Part shown: positions 49,151 to 59,029 of the stretch, piece after piece
Layout: each line of letters begins with the position of its first letter
How positions within the stretch are numbered: position 1 is the first letter of the stretch
From: Candidatus Hadarchaeota archaeon
Lineage (GTDB): Archaea; CAYQAE01; CAYVLA01
Assembly: GCA_964621445.1 (NCBI GenBank)
Contig: CAZUNO010000001.1
Location: 40,496-104,495, forward strand
DNA: 64,000 bases
Direction of reading: 5' to 3'
Position numbers and translations under genes: made by a program
The notes under the pieces: model-generated
What the model was told of the DNA's origin: nothing
The model's database searches: none
The model's input: only the letters and a program-made list of their open reading frames with translations

Positions 49151-50455
49151 ATGAGGCCTCCTGAGGATTCAGAGGTGTTTTCCATAGGCTTCGATGACAC
49201 CGATTCCGCCACTCTGGGAATGTGCACCACCTATCTATCCACCATGATGATTGAAAGGCTTATTGATGATGGGGTAATATTTGGTCTATGGGATCTTCCA
49301 AATCTGGTTCGGCTAAATCCGCAGGTCCCTAATAAGACACGCGGTAATGGCGCCTTGGTGCTACGCCTATTCACAGATCAAGGCCAAAGCAAATTGGTAT
49401 TCGATATTGCCAAGGACCTGGTTCGGAATAGTGCCGCTCTGGAAGATGACAAAACTAATCCCGGGATAGCCCTAATGATTGGAAGAGCCATACCAAGAAA
49501 TGTTCGCGCTCTGTACAACCTAGCTCTTCATAGACTGGTTTCCATGGAGGAGGTCAGGAATACTGCTGAATCGGAGGGAATTGAATGCTGGGGAATGAAG
49601 AAGGGTTTGGGTATCATCGGTGCCACTGCAGCTTTGGGGGTGGATTTCTCCTCCGATCAGACGTTTGAGATGATAGCATATCGGGACCCCACGATAAAGG
49701 ACAGGAAAAGGGATATCGATACCTCGCTGGTTCTAGAGGTTGATGAAAAGGTGGATGGCGCCTTCTTCAATTATGATTATGAAAATGAGAAGGTCTGCAT
49801 CACGCCCAATTCGCCCTGTCCAGTGAAGTTTGGAGCGAGGGGGGAGACGCCCGAAGCTGTTAGGGATGCATATGAGACCATCGACTCTGGGGCCCCTCGA
49901 GCGGTTTTGTTCCGAACCAATCAACATACGGATTTCCACATCGAAAGGGAAAAATCAATATCCAATATTCAGCCATTTTCATCGGTTAGGACGGTGGGAA
50001 AGGTCTCATCTTCCCCAAGTCCAATTAAGGGAGGCCATGTCATCCTCTCCATTAAGGATTCCACCGGGAAGATAGATTGTGCGGCCTACGAGCCCACCAA
50101 GGGGTTTAGAAATGAGGTGAGGAAACTGGTGGAGGGAGATGTCATAGAGGTATGGGGTTCAGTTAGACCCTCGGATTCCGATCATGGCCCGACCATAAAT
50201 ATGGAAAAAATGAGGGTATTATCACTGGTTGATTCCAGGAGGGAGAATCCCCATTGCCCACTATGTGGTTCCAGGTTGACCTCCATGGGCAGTAGCGGGG
50301 GTTTCAAGTGTAAGAGAAGTGGATGCAAATTCCGCGATCCAAACATGGTAAAAGTGAAGGTACCCCAGAGGCGAGAGCTCGAGAAAGGTAGGATGTATGA
50401 GGTTCCTCCAATAGCTTGGAGGCATCTTTATAAACCGTTGAGAAGGATTAAATGA
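49151..50455 (+). CDS. tiaS: tRNA(Ile2) 2-agmatinylcytidine synthetase
   Basis: Motifs IGFDDTDS..GMCTTYL, LVRLNP..KTRGNGA, TNQHTD, CAAYEPT and a C-terminal zinc ribbon. Confidence 0.95.
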   Translation: MRPPEDSEVFSIGFDDTDSATLGMCTTYLSTMMIERLIDDGVIFGLWDLPNLVRLNPQVPNKTRGNGALVLRLFTDQGQSKLVFDIAKDLVRNSAALEDDKTNPGIALMIGRAIPRNVRALYNLALHRLVSMEEVRNTAESEGIECWGMKKGLGIIGATAALGVDFSSDQTFEMIAYRDPTIKDRKRDIDTSLVLEVDEKVDGAFFNYDYENEKVCITPNSPCPVKFGARGETPEAVRDAYETIDSGAPRAVLFRTNQHTDFHIEREKSISNIQPFSSVRTVGKVSSSPSPIKGGHVILSIKDSTGKIDCAAYEPTKGFRNEVRKLVEGDVIEVWGSVRPSDSDHGPTINMEKMRVLSLVDSRRENPHCPLCGSRLTSMGSSGGFKCKRSGCKFRDPNMVKVKVPQRRELEKGRMYEVPPIAWRHLYKPLRRIK

Positions 50456-50462
50456 GAACCGA

Positions 50463-51146
50463 TCAGGCAGGCGCTTCAGCTTCGGGGGTCTCAACCGGTT
50501 CCTCGGTCTCCAGTTCCTCAGGTGCCTCCTCTTCAGAGGGTTCCTCTGCCTCGACCTCGGCCTCTTCCTCCTCACTTGGCACTTCTAGTATCTTGCTCTT
50601 CATTATTTCTATCTTCTTTACCGGATAAATGAGCTTTACCTGTTTATGAATATCTGCGGATAGCTTTCCCAATATCATTTCATGTATAAATCCTGAGTAG
50701 CTGCTGCGGTCAGCGGCCTCCCTGATTACCTCTCTCATGGCATCCCTTATTGCCTTGTGCTGTGATGCGGCCACCCTCTGAACCGTGAAGGCCAGAGCTC
50801 TTATTCGGGCTTTGCATCCATCTGAGGTCTCCACATCCGTTATGATGTCTACCCGGGTTGTTCCACGCCTCACGTGCATCCTGATATAGTCCCTGGTAAG
50901 ATCATGACCGGTGAATCTGGTATAGGCTTTTTCTCCCTTAACATCATTAATCTGAAAATATAGCTTGACATGCTGCTGTGTAAAGTCCCCGGTAACGTCT
51001 CTAAGGGTGGTTTCAACCGTCCGGTCTATGAGATCTTCGGGTTTGAGGGCTATGGTTTCACCTATCTCGCAGTTCCCGAAAAGGGCTGGGGCATATACCG
51101 TGTACCATTTCTTATCTTTCCATAGGGTCCTTGTTTTCTTTGGCAA
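50463..51146 (-). CDS. rps3ae: 30S ribosomal protein S3Ae (eS1)
   Basis: WKDKKWYTVYAP..FG, R.VETTL..VTGD, DYIR..VRR and IYP..K.EI.KS; acidic tail. Confidence 0.96.
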   Translation of the reverse strand: MPKKTRTLWKDKKWYTVYAPALFGNCEIGETIALKPEDLIDRTVETTLRDVTGDFTQQHVKLYFQINDVKGEKAYTRFTGHDLTRDYIRMHVRRGTTRVDIITDVETSDGCKARIRALAFTVQRVAASQHKAIRDAMREVIREAADRSSYSGFIHEMILGKLSADIHKQVKLIYPVKKIEIMKSKILEVPSEEEEAEVEAEEPSEEEAPEELETEEPVETPEAEAPA

Positions 51147-51277
51147 AGCTGCACCTCTTAACGGTGAATACTAGATTAGTTTTACGTTTAAGATAAGGAA
51201 GCTGATGGGCTGATAAATATTATCAGTAAACGCTTCGGATGCAGTAGTGATATAAACATCCGGAATAATCATCGTTC

Positions 51278-51832
51278 ATGCTCCAGCTGATTACCACTAA
51301 CAGGAATAAATTTGAGGAATTCAAGGAAAAAGCCCAAGGGTTTGGCCTGGAAATCGAAATGACCAGGATTGATTACATTGAAATTCAGCATGAGGACCTG
51401 GAGACCATCGCCTTGGATAGCGCAAGACGGATTCTGAAGCAGATAAGGGATCCCTTCTTTCTTGAGGATTCAGGCCTTTTCGTTGATGATTTAGGAGGGT
51501 TCCCGGGGCCATACTCCTCCTATGTGTTTTCCACCCTAGGAAATCAGGGGATTCTGGATCTTCTTGGAGATGACAAGAAAAGAGCGGCTGCTTTTCTTTC
51601 GATTATCTGTTATCATGATGGTAAGGATCTGCACACCTTTAGAGGCGAGGCCCGAGGACATATCTCGGATCGGAAAAGGGGGAAAGCTGGTTTTGGTTTC
51701 GACCCGATTTTTATGCCCCAGGGACAGGAACTCACCTTTGCCGAGTTGGGTTCAAGGAAGAACGAATTTTCTCATCGAGCGCTCAGTGCGGAAATATTTT
51801 TCAGAAGCGTCTCAAATTCCTTTAAACAGTGA
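51278..51832 (+). CDS. rdgB: XTP/dITP diphosphatase (Ham1/RdgB)
   Basis: Motifs T.N..KF.E, EDSGL, GFPGPYS, GFGFDPIF and KN.FSHR. Confidence 0.94.
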   Translation: MLQLITTNRNKFEEFKEKAQGFGLEIEMTRIDYIEIQHEDLETIALDSARRILKQIRDPFFLEDSGLFVDDLGGFPGPYSSYVFSTLGNQGILDLLGDDKKRAAAFLSIICYHDGKDLHTFRGEARGHISDRKRGKAGFGFDPIFMPQGQELTFAELGSRKNEFSHRALSAEIFFRSVSNSFKQ

Positions 51833-51844
51833 AAAGGTGCTAGC

Positions 51845-52300
51845 TTGGCTAGAATTCATACAAGACGAAGAGGATCATCACGTTCCAAGCCACCCGTTCG
51901 GAATTCAGCCCCCAATTGGGTTCCCTATTCATCCGAAGAGATTAAGGAGATAATACTTCGATTATATGATGAAGGAATGACCAAGAGCGAGATTGGCTTG
52001 AAATTAAGGGATCAGTATGGCGTTCCCGATGTTCGTCTTCTTACCGGAAAAAAATTGACTCGGATATTGGAAGAAAACGGGATCGAGGAGGACTTCCCGG
52101 AGGACCTGCTTCAACTTATGAGAAAGGCAGTGAATCTAAGGGACCATATGGAGAAAAATCCAAGTGACACTGAATCGAAGATGGATCTCAACCTCGTGGA
52201 GTCCAAGATAAGAAGACTTCAGAAGTACTACCGGAAGAAGGGAGACCTGCCGAAGGATTGGAGGTATGACCCAGAGAAGGCGGCTCTTCTGGTCGGATAG
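51845..52300 (+). CDS. rps15: 30S ribosomal protein S15 (uS15)
   Basis: MARIHTRRRGSSRS, IGLKLRDQYGVP, PEDL..L and ESKIRRL.KYY. Confidence 0.97.
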   Translation: MARIHTRRRGSSRSKPPVRNSAPNWVPYSSEEIKEIILRLYDEGMTKSEIGLKLRDQYGVPDVRLLTGKKLTRILEENGIEEDFPEDLLQLMRKAVNLRDHMEKNPSDTESKMDLNLVESKIRRLQKYYRKKGDLPKDWRYDPEKAALLVG

Positions 52301-52301
52301 A

Positions 52302-53654
52302 ATGGATAAATTTACCGAGCTCAGGGACGAGGCTTCAAAAGCTGCCGCTACGCTTGGATCGGTCATTGCCTCCGGAGATCATGTAAGGATAATCAGTCAT
52401 AACGATGTTGACGGCATTTGCTCCGGTGCCCTGGCTCTACTAATGGTAAGAAGAAAGGGGGGTTCGGCTCATCTAAGTTTCTCTGGCCACGTTTATGCCG
52501 AGGAACTTTCGGATATACTGGATGCCGATCCAGGATTCCTTCTTTTCTGTGATATGGGAAGCGACCTTATAAAATTACTCCGGAATTCCGGTACCCCTTT
52601 TCTAGTACTTGACCATCATTATACAGAGGAGGAGGACGAGAACCTGGTTAATCCCTGGGAATTTCAACTTGATGGAACTAATGAAGTTAGTGGTTCGGGA
52701 GTAACATATTTGGTTGCCAGGGAGATGGATCCCGAAAATTGCGACCTGGCTCCCATCGCTCTCTGTGGGGCATTTGGAGATATGCAACCCCTGGACGGGG
52801 TAAATGGCAAGATAGCCGACGAGGCGGAAGCAAGAAGTCTTGTCAAACGGAGAGATGAAATTAGACTTATTGGCAGGGTAGATCGACCAGTTGAGTATTC
52901 AATATGCTATTCCACCCTACCTTTCATAAGGGGATTAAGTGGCAATCAGTTGGCAGCATCGGACTTCTTGAAGGAAATAGGAATTGAAGCGGGATCGGAT
53001 ACTAGCATCATGCAGCTTGAGGACGATAAGAGGGATTTACTCTTGCGGGAGTTGTCCGAAAGGATGGTTAAACAGGGCGCTTCAACATCCGAGGCGGAAA
53101 GACTATTCGGTGCCACCTTGCGTATCAAGAATTTGCTCTCGCCCACCGTGGAAGATGTAGTTGATTACCTGGAGTCTAGCTGTTCTTTGGGTCGGTACTC
53201 TACCGCCCTGTCATTTCTCGTAGGAGATGAAAAGGCAAGGGATGATGTTGAGAGAAGCAGGCTTAAGTACAAGCAAATGATTTTCGAAGGCTCAGGTCTT
53301 TTTGAATCTGCCGAGAAGATGGATAATCTGGAGTATTTAGTGATGGATGAATGGGCTGAATACTCCGGAAAGCTTTGTGGGATATATGCCAATGCAGGAT
53401 TTGGCGATGGTGAAAAGCCGGTTTTTGGCCTGAGCTCCCAGGACGGTTCAATTAAGGTCTCGGGCAGAATGGATAAAAAGCTTCTAAAGAAGGGTATTGA
53501 TCTGGGTAAGGCGCTTGGATCTGCTGCCCAAAGGGTTGGAGGCCAGGGTGGTGGCCACAGTGTTGCGGCTGGGGCTAAGATAGCCTCCGAAGCCAGGTCA
53601 GAATTCCTGGAAGCTCTGGATGAAGAACTTGATAAACAGATTTCGGGAGAGTAA
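52302..53654 (+). CDS. RecJ-like DHH family phosphoesterase
   Basis: Motifs SHNDVDG, DMGS, LDHH, GAFGD and GGGHSVAAGA; conserved position after rps15. Confidence 0.9.
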   Translation: MDKFTELRDEASKAAATLGSVIASGDHVRIISHNDVDGICSGALALLMVRRKGGSAHLSFSGHVYAEELSDILDADPGFLLFCDMGSDLIKLLRNSGTPFLVLDHHYTEEEDENLVNPWEFQLDGTNEVSGSGVTYLVAREMDPENCDLAPIALCGAFGDMQPLDGVNGKIADEAEARSLVKRRDEIRLIGRVDRPVEYSICYSTLPFIRGLSGNQLAASDFLKEIGIEAGSDTSIMQLEDDKRDLLLRELSERMVKQGASTSEAERLFGATLRIKNLLSPTVEDVVDYLESSCSLGRYSTALSFLVGDEKARDDVERSRLKYKQMIFEGSGLFESAEKMDNLEYLVMDEWAEYSGKLCGIYANAGFGDGEKPVFGLSSQDGSIKVSGRMDKKLLKKGIDLGKALGSAAQRVGGQGGGHSVAAGAKIASEARSEFLEALDEELDKQISGE

Positions 53655-53917
53655 TGCGCATGGAGTCAGTCAAAATCATGTTGTTAAGTTCCTACGGAAA
53701 GGAGGCTGCAAAAAGCATTGGGGGGGCGCTACAGGTTGATAATAGGTCCACGAAACGGGTTAAATTGTTGACTTCAGTTGGAGAGGGCAAGGTTGAAACG
53801 GTTCTAGAGGCGGGAAGCTTGGAGAAAGCCCTTCCCGTATTGGATGATTTGCTTTTCTGCCAGTCAATATGCGAGAGAGTACTGTCCGTTGTTGATCAGG
53901 ACCTAGGACAGCTTTGA
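53654..53917 (+). CDS. pcc1: KEOPS complex subunit Pcc1
   Basis: 87 aa with AL.VDN and LDDLL motifs; conserved rps15-DHH-pcc1 synteny. Confidence 0.75.
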   Translation: MRMESVKIMLLSSYGKEAAKSIGGALQVDNRSTKRVKLLTSVGEGKVETVLEAGSLEKALPVLDDLLFCQSICERVLSVVDQDLGQL

Positions 53918-53930
53918 AACCAAAGGGGAA

Positions 53931-54314
53931 TCAGAAAAGCTTGGGAATATCAAATTTTATCCTACCTCTAGGTAGGGGTGGACCAAATAGCACTCTTTCC
54001 ATTACGGCAATTATCTTCCTCTGGGTCTCGGTCCGCCTCTCATAGAGACCAGGGAAATCTTCCTCCACTTGGGGAAGCATCTCCAATATATCGTCCATAT
54101 CGAAATTTCTAAGTATTGTGCGAGAGTTGCGTACCACGGCGAGGGTCCTTGAGTAAAGGGATTTGGTTTTTTCATCCTCGATCTGGGAAATTTGGCTTAG
54201 CAATTTCTTCTCCAGGAGATCGAGGGTTTTGTTGATATCCTCAGAGTTTTTCTTCAGGTATTTTAGTACCGTACCATACTGATAGGCATAGGTTCTGAGG
54301 ACCTCTTCTGACAT
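53931..54314 (-). CDS. Hypothetical helical protein
   Basis: ORF with normal composition; ATG at 54314 follows an AT-rich spacer. Confidence 0.6.
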   Translation of the reverse strand: MSEEVLRTYAYQYGTVLKYLKKNSEDINKTLDLLEKKLLSQISQIEDEKTKSLYSRTLAVVRNSRTILRNFDMDDILEMLPQVEEDFPGLYERRTETQRKIIAVMERVLFGPPLPRGRIKFDIPKLF

Positions 54315-54387
54315 AACAAACGAAAAGTTAATTAAGCTTATTATTTGTTTTGCAGCATCCGAGGTCAAGTCAGCTTTTTCTTCGAAC

Positions 54388-55575
54388 TCAACGGGAGGTC
54401 AATATCTCGATGACATCCCCGTTTTGTAATTCATGGTCCTCGCCGACCTTTCTCTTGGTCCTGGCATCCACAGCCCCAATGAAACTTTCTCCTATATCTG
54501 TATGTACTCTAAACGCCAATTCCTTAGCGGTGGTGCCTTGTGGCACCACATGGGCGTCGGGAAGAACTCTGTCTTTATTGTCGGTCAGCCGGGTATGGTT
54601 AGCAACAGGATATACGACTATCATGTTAAGGAATTCATAGACAGTCCGATCAATTATTTCCTGGACCCCGGTCGATCCATATTTGGATAGTATCTTTTGT
54701 CTTATGGTCTCGAGGGCCTTCCTCTGCCTTTGTTTGAGTTCTCCCGTGATCTTGAAGTCCGAGTCCCCGGGGGTGTATTGAATGAGTCCTTTTTCATTAG
54801 CTTTTCGAAGTGCGAGATCGGCCTCAGCGCATACCGGCAAAACCAGGGTGTCCGATAGGCCTTGACGAAGACGATCCAAGTTTTCGTGGGCACATGGCAA
54901 GTCCATTTTGTTTGCCGCGATGGAGATGGGTTTGGCAGCCCTCCTTACCTGGCTGATGAATTCCAGTAGCCTGGAGTCATCATCCTCAAATTCAATTGGA
55001 TGCCTATTCAGTATATGTCGGAGTTGGTCCTCGTTAACTCCGAGAACATTGAGTTGACCATGGATAAGCTCGGTTTTCTCGGCATCGGTTGGCTTGGGGG
55101 CCCTACCTGAACGTTTAAGTCCTCGCTTCAATATTCCAAGTAGCCAGTAATCCAGCTCTGTTTCAAAAAACCTGACGTCTTTCAGGGGGTCTCTTGTGCC
55201 AGGCGAGGTGGGGTTACCTTGTTCGTCCGTGGCTCCTGCAGCATCGACAACATGAATCAAGGCATCGGCCCGGATGAGGTCATCTAGGAATTGGTTTCCC
55301 AACCCCTTTCCTAGGTGTGCTCCAGGTACGAGGCCGGCAACGTCCAGCACATCTATGGGTATTAGTCTCAGACCGTTGTTGCAGGTTGATTCCCTTGGTT
55401 GACAAGTGACTCCGAATTCCTTGCACGGACACTCAGCTCTCAGATAGGCAAGACCCCGATTTGGTTCGATGGTCACGAAAGGCCTGCCGTCGATCTTGGC
55501 ATCTGTCAAGGTGGCAGCGCTAAAGAAGGTGGACTTGCCAGAATTGGTCTTTCCTACGGCAGCGATCTGAAACAT
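54388..55575 (-). CDS. ychF: Obg-family ATPase YchF (archaeal)
   Basis: Motifs [32 protein letters not shown] and NKMD; C-terminal TGS domain. Confidence 0.94.
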   Translation of the reverse strand: MFQIAAVGKTNSGKSTFFSAATLTDAKIDGRPFVTIEPNRGLAYLRAECPCKEFGVTCQPRESTCNNGLRLIPIDVLDVAGLVPGAHLGKGLGNQFLDDLIRADALIHVVDAAGATDEQGNPTSPGTRDPLKDVRFFETELDYWLLGILKRGLKRSGRAPKPTDAEKTELIHGQLNVLGVNEDQLRHILNRHPIEFEDDDSRLLEFISQVRRAAKPISIAANKMDLPCAHENLDRLRQGLSDTLVLPVCAEADLALRKANEKGLIQYTPGDSDFKITGELKQRQRKALETIRQKILSKYGSTGVQEIIDRTVYEFLNMIVVYPVANHTRLTDNKDRVLPDAHVVPQGTTAKELAFRVHTDIGESFIGAVDARTKRKVGEDHELQNGDVIEILTSR

Positions 55576-55614
55576 CCTTTGATTATTTACATTTTAACTC
55601 AAATTTGTTATTCC

Positions 55615-56463
55615 CTAGAAGCTCTTAACCCGTTGGTGAAGTACATCGTGAACGACATGCCATTTCTTTGGACCGATGGATCTTACCACTCGAGAATTTT
55701 GTATTCTTAACCGGCTGCCTCCGTATGTGCTAAAGATTTTTTTAACTTCTCTTTTGGAGGCTTTCAGGCATTCCTTTCTGTCACCCATGCTCTCTCTATA
55801 TAGGTGGATTATCGATTTATCGCTGCTAATTCTGATGGCTAGATCCAGGAAATCATCCGCTATTGCCGGGAGGGCCAATATTACCCTGTCTATTCCGGAC
55901 ATCCTCTTGCATACCTCCCTAGCATCCCCTAGCAAGGGAATAACCTCGCCCATGAGGTTGTTAATCTCAATGGACTTTTTCATATACTCAATAGCAAAGG
56001 GGTTCTTATCGACTGAGAATACCGTGGAATTTCTGAATCTGGCTATCAGTAGGCTATAACAGCCGACTCCAGCGAACATATTGACGATTCTTTCGCAGTT
56101 CTTCACTTGTTGGGTAATTCTCCATCTTTCATAGGATAATCTTGGAGTAAAAAACACCCTAGTTGGATCCACAAAGTAAGTAGTGGCATATTCTCGGTGC
56201 TGGGTTACAGTTGGACCCTTGCCAGCGATTCTGCGCATCTTTCTGGTTCTAATTTCGGAGGATGTCTCCCCCACAACCTGGAGGACCAGTCTGGTCGAGG
56301 GATTTGCCTCCAAGATGGATTCTCCGATCTGGCAGCGAAGATGGTCTAGATTCCTCGGTATCTTCGTTACTATGATATCTCCTATGATATCATAGCTATT
56401 GTACATCCCCTTCAGGTCTTTTCTGGTCTCTGCATCTAGAGCGTCCTTCCAAGAACCGGTCAA
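55615..56463 (-). CDS. Trm5/Taw2 (Met-10+) family tRNA-modifying SAM-dependent enzyme
   Basis: Motifs YDIIGDI, FFTPRLSYER, NMFAGVG and DKNP.A. Confidence 0.88.
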   Translation of the reverse strand: MTGSWKDALDAETRKDLKGMYNSYDIIGDIIVTKIPRNLDHLRCQIGESILEANPSTRLVLQVVGETSSEIRTRKMRRIAGKGPTVTQHREYATTYFVDPTRVFFTPRLSYERWRITQQVKNCERIVNMFAGVGCYSLLIARFRNSTVFSVDKNPFAIEYMKKSIEINNLMGEVIPLLGDAREVCKRMSGIDRVILALPAIADDFLDLAIRISSDKSIIHLYRESMGDRKECLKASKREVKKIFSTYGGSRLRIQNSRVVRSIGPKKWHVVHDVLHQRVKSF

Positions 56464-56573
56464 GGTGATTAGTGATTGATATCAGTTGCCAATTAGAAGC
56501 ACAACTATGGAGGTAACCATTATCCCAACTACAAAAAGTGCAAAAAGACGATTGAGAACATCTCTTCTCACCC

Positions 56574-57404
56574 TTAATCATCTCCTTCATCTATAAGTTC
56601 TATGTATACTTCTCCTACCCTCTCTCCTGTCCCGGTTAGTTCATATTTGTTCTCCCCAGGTATGGGGAGTATGAGGTATTTTCTCACCAGGGACTGGACT
56701 ATGTGGCCAAAATAGCGTATCTTCTTACCCACACCCTCCTCAATTTCCGGTCGGGAAAGAGGTTTTCCTTCCTTGGTGATATAGGCCAATACTCTTCTCT
56801 TCAGAAAGCTCCTGCCCCCATATTCTAGTTTGGGAGAAATCAGTTCGATGCTCCATTCATTTCTGTTGGTGCCTACTGTGAAGAGGCTTTTTACCCTTAT
56901 GCGTGATGTTGAGACCTCGATGGTCACGTTTTCGTATTCATATTCCTTTATCCGTTCCACCATTTCCTCAACGCTCTCGCTGAGCCCTCTGACTTCCTTC
57001 TTGCTTATGTCATCCTCTCTACTGGACTCCATTACCAATGATCTTAACCTCTTTATATAAGAAGAAGGATATCGCGCGAAATGGTTTTTCTCAAAGCTCT
57101 TTTCGATCTCTTCGAAATTTTCCTCGATTTCCTTCTTGATCGTTTGGTAGTCCCTTTCGCTGAGTTTCTGGGCGAGAACCGTTAATATCCTGAAGTAATC
57201 CGGGGTATAGTATGAGGGCCGATAAATACGTATATCGGACCGCATTCTTTCTACCTTGTCCCTCAAACTCTTTCTCTGTTTGGAGTCGAGCTTCTTAACC
57301 TGCTTCATTATGTCCTTTTGGGTTTCGAGGAACTTGGGTGTCCCCGGGGGTATCCTCTGGAGCTTTTTCAGGTTCCCGAGAATTACCTCCGCTGCGTCCG
57401 GCAT
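56574..57404 (-). CDS. Hypothetical protein with possible C-terminal winged helix
   Basis: 276 aa ORF; C-terminal LSRPEIEE..VQSLVRKYLI..YELT..G resembles a wHTH. Confidence 0.6.
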   Translation of the reverse strand: MPDAAEVILGNLKKLQRIPPGTPKFLETQKDIMKQVKKLDSKQRKSLRDKVERMRSDIRIYRPSYYTPDYFRILTVLAQKLSERDYQTIKKEIEENFEEIEKSFEKNHFARYPSSYIKRLRSLVMESSREDDISKKEVRGLSESVEEMVERIKEYEYENVTIEVSTSRIRVKSLFTVGTNRNEWSIELISPKLEYGGRSFLKRRVLAYITKEGKPLSRPEIEEGVGKKIRYFGHIVQSLVRKYLILPIPGENKYELTGTGERVGEVYIELIDEGDD

Positions 57405-57521
57405 GCGTTTAATTTGTAGCGTCCACTTATTAACTTGCCGAAAATGGGCATCGATATTGTGCCATTTATGTCTACTGGGTTAGGTGATATTTTTTAGCAA
57501 AACCACGAACCCGGCTATTGA

Positions 57522-57604
57522 GCGGGGGTGCCCGAGTGGACAAAGAGGGCAGGCTCAGGACCTGCTGGTGCAGGCCTTCGCGGGTTCGAATCCCGTCCCC
57601 CGCA
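57522..57604 (+). tRNA. tRNA-Leu(CAG), intronless
   Basis: Acceptor GCGGGGG/CCCCCGC, anticodon arm GCAGG-CTCAGGA-CCTGC, 14-nt variable arm, T arm GCGGG-TTCGAAT-CCCGT; T-run downstream. Confidence 0.93.
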
Positions 57605-57658
57605 CTTTTTGAGTTAGGCGGGTTGTCCGAGTCCGTTTTTTGATTTAGAATATTTTGA

Positions 57659-57685
57659 TTCCGGTTTAACCGTAAAATTTTTATG
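57659..57685 (+). promoter_or_regulatory. Palindrome abutting a TATA-like box upstream of hsp20
   Basis: TT-c-CGGTT-T-AACCG-t-AA (57659-57675) followed by TTTTTATG. Confidence 0.4.
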
Positions 57686-57738
57686 GACTACTAGCATAGG
57701 TAAACAACGACCTGTTGTATAGGTTGGGTGTGTTAGGT

Positions 57739-58275
57739 ATGGTAGAAAACGAGGAATCTAAGCAATCGGACAAAGGCAAAAAGGAGGTCGTGGAAGCTCC
57801 TTCCGAAAGGGAGGTTTCCAGGCCCTCGAGAAGAATGCTTCGGGATATTGATGATATGTTTGAGGACTTCCGAAGGTCCTTTGATAGCTTAATGGCTCCT
57901 TTCCTGCCCATGCGGACCTTTTGGAAGGAGGAGAGACTTCCCGTCCGATGTCCATTGCTAGATCTTGTTGACGAGGGAGACCACTATCTGGTCAAGGCAG
58001 AACTCCCGGGATTTAGCAAGGACATGGTTGATATCCAGGTAAATAAGGATACCCTGGTCTTGAACGCTGAAATGAAAGAAGAGGAGGAAAGGGAAAGAGA
58101 TGATTACCTCCATAGAGAAAGGTCCTATTCCAGTTGCAGGCGAAGGGTAAATTTCCCTGAGGAGGTTGATCCTTCAAATGTTGAGGGAACCATGAAAAAC
58201 GGAGTCCTGACCCTCGAGGTCTACAAGAAGGAGCCCAAGCCCGAGGAAAAAATGAGGAAGGTTGATCTCAAATAG
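57739..58275 (+). CDS. hsp20: Small heat-shock protein (Hsp20/alpha-crystallin)
   Basis: Motifs DLVDEGD, AELPG..K, RERSY and NGVL. Confidence 0.94.
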   Translation: MVENEESKQSDKGKKEVVEAPSEREVSRPSRRMLRDIDDMFEDFRRSFDSLMAPFLPMRTFWKEERLPVRCPLLDLVDEGDHYLVKAELPGFSKDMVDIQVNKDTLVLNAEMKEEEERERDDYLHRERSYSSCRRRVNFPEEVDPSNVEGTMKNGVLTLEVYKKEPKPEEKMRKVDLK

Positions 58276-58301
58276 GGGATCTTGCCAGTTGTTGATGCCG
58301 G

Positions 58302-58988
58302 TTGGAATCGGAGGAAGAGAGGGTTGATCTGGACGCACTGTTGAGGGTCCTAGGAAATCCGGTTAGAAGGGAGTTGATAAGAAAACTGAGCCAGGAGCCC
58401 AATTACTCCTTTAAATTATCCCGGGATCTGGGATTGGCCCAGCAGCAGGTGTCCAGACATCTTACCCTCATGGGAGATCTGGGTGTCGTTTCCTCATATA
58501 CTGAAGAGAGTTCGATTGGACCTGAAAGAAAGATCTACTCCCTGGATCGCAGTCTTTCAGTAATTATTGACATCGGTCCTAACCTGTACAGGGAGAACGT
58601 TGTTCTCTTTGACCAGGAGCCCGGTGAAAAGGAGATCTCAAAGGGACCCATGTCACTTATGAAGAGAATGAGCGATGTTGTGGATTCCTCAGGTGATCAG
58701 GATAAGCTTTCTGCTTTAGGTGAAATCATTGGAGAAATCGATACCGAGATTGAAAATTTGGAGAACCGTAGGGGTGTGCTCCTACATCTGAGGGACTCGG
58801 TTATGAGGGAGGCATCCAGAATCTTCCAGCAGATGGAAGAGTCCTTGGCTAGAGAGATAATCCATTTTGCCTTTGATGAACAGGAGAGAAATGTCAGTGA
58901 AATCTCAAAAAGCCTTGATATGAGAGAGGATACGGTATCCAGTATGATTAGAAAGATCAGGAAAAAGCTGTCAACTGAATACGTCTGA
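58302..58988 (+). CDS. ArsR-type wHTH regulator, Phr/HSR1-like heat-shock repressor
   Basis: LGNPVRR.LI..L..EP.Y, VSRHL and GPERKIY, followed by a coiled coil; directly after hsp20. Confidence 0.8.
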   Translation: MESEEERVDLDALLRVLGNPVRRELIRKLSQEPNYSFKLSRDLGLAQQQVSRHLTLMGDLGVVSSYTEESSIGPERKIYSLDRSLSVIIDIGPNLYRENVVLFDQEPGEKEISKGPMSLMKRMSDVVDSSGDQDKLSALGEIIGEIDTEIENLENRRGVLLHLRDSVMREASRIFQQMEESLAREIIHFAFDEQERNVSEISKSLDMREDTVSSMIRKIRKKLSTEYV

Positions 58989-59029
58989 ATGGGGATACGC
59001 CTTAGGTATAAGTCTAAGCAGGGGAAGCT

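Noticed and set aside
50463-50580. Repetitive GAG/GAA-rich tract
   Set aside because: It encodes the low-complexity acidic tail of S3Ae and is not a DNA repeat element.
56396-56590. Cys-rich 64 aa ORF between the orphan gene and trm5/taw2
   Set aside because: It overlaps both neighbours and shows no recognisable motif, so it cannot be supported without homologs.
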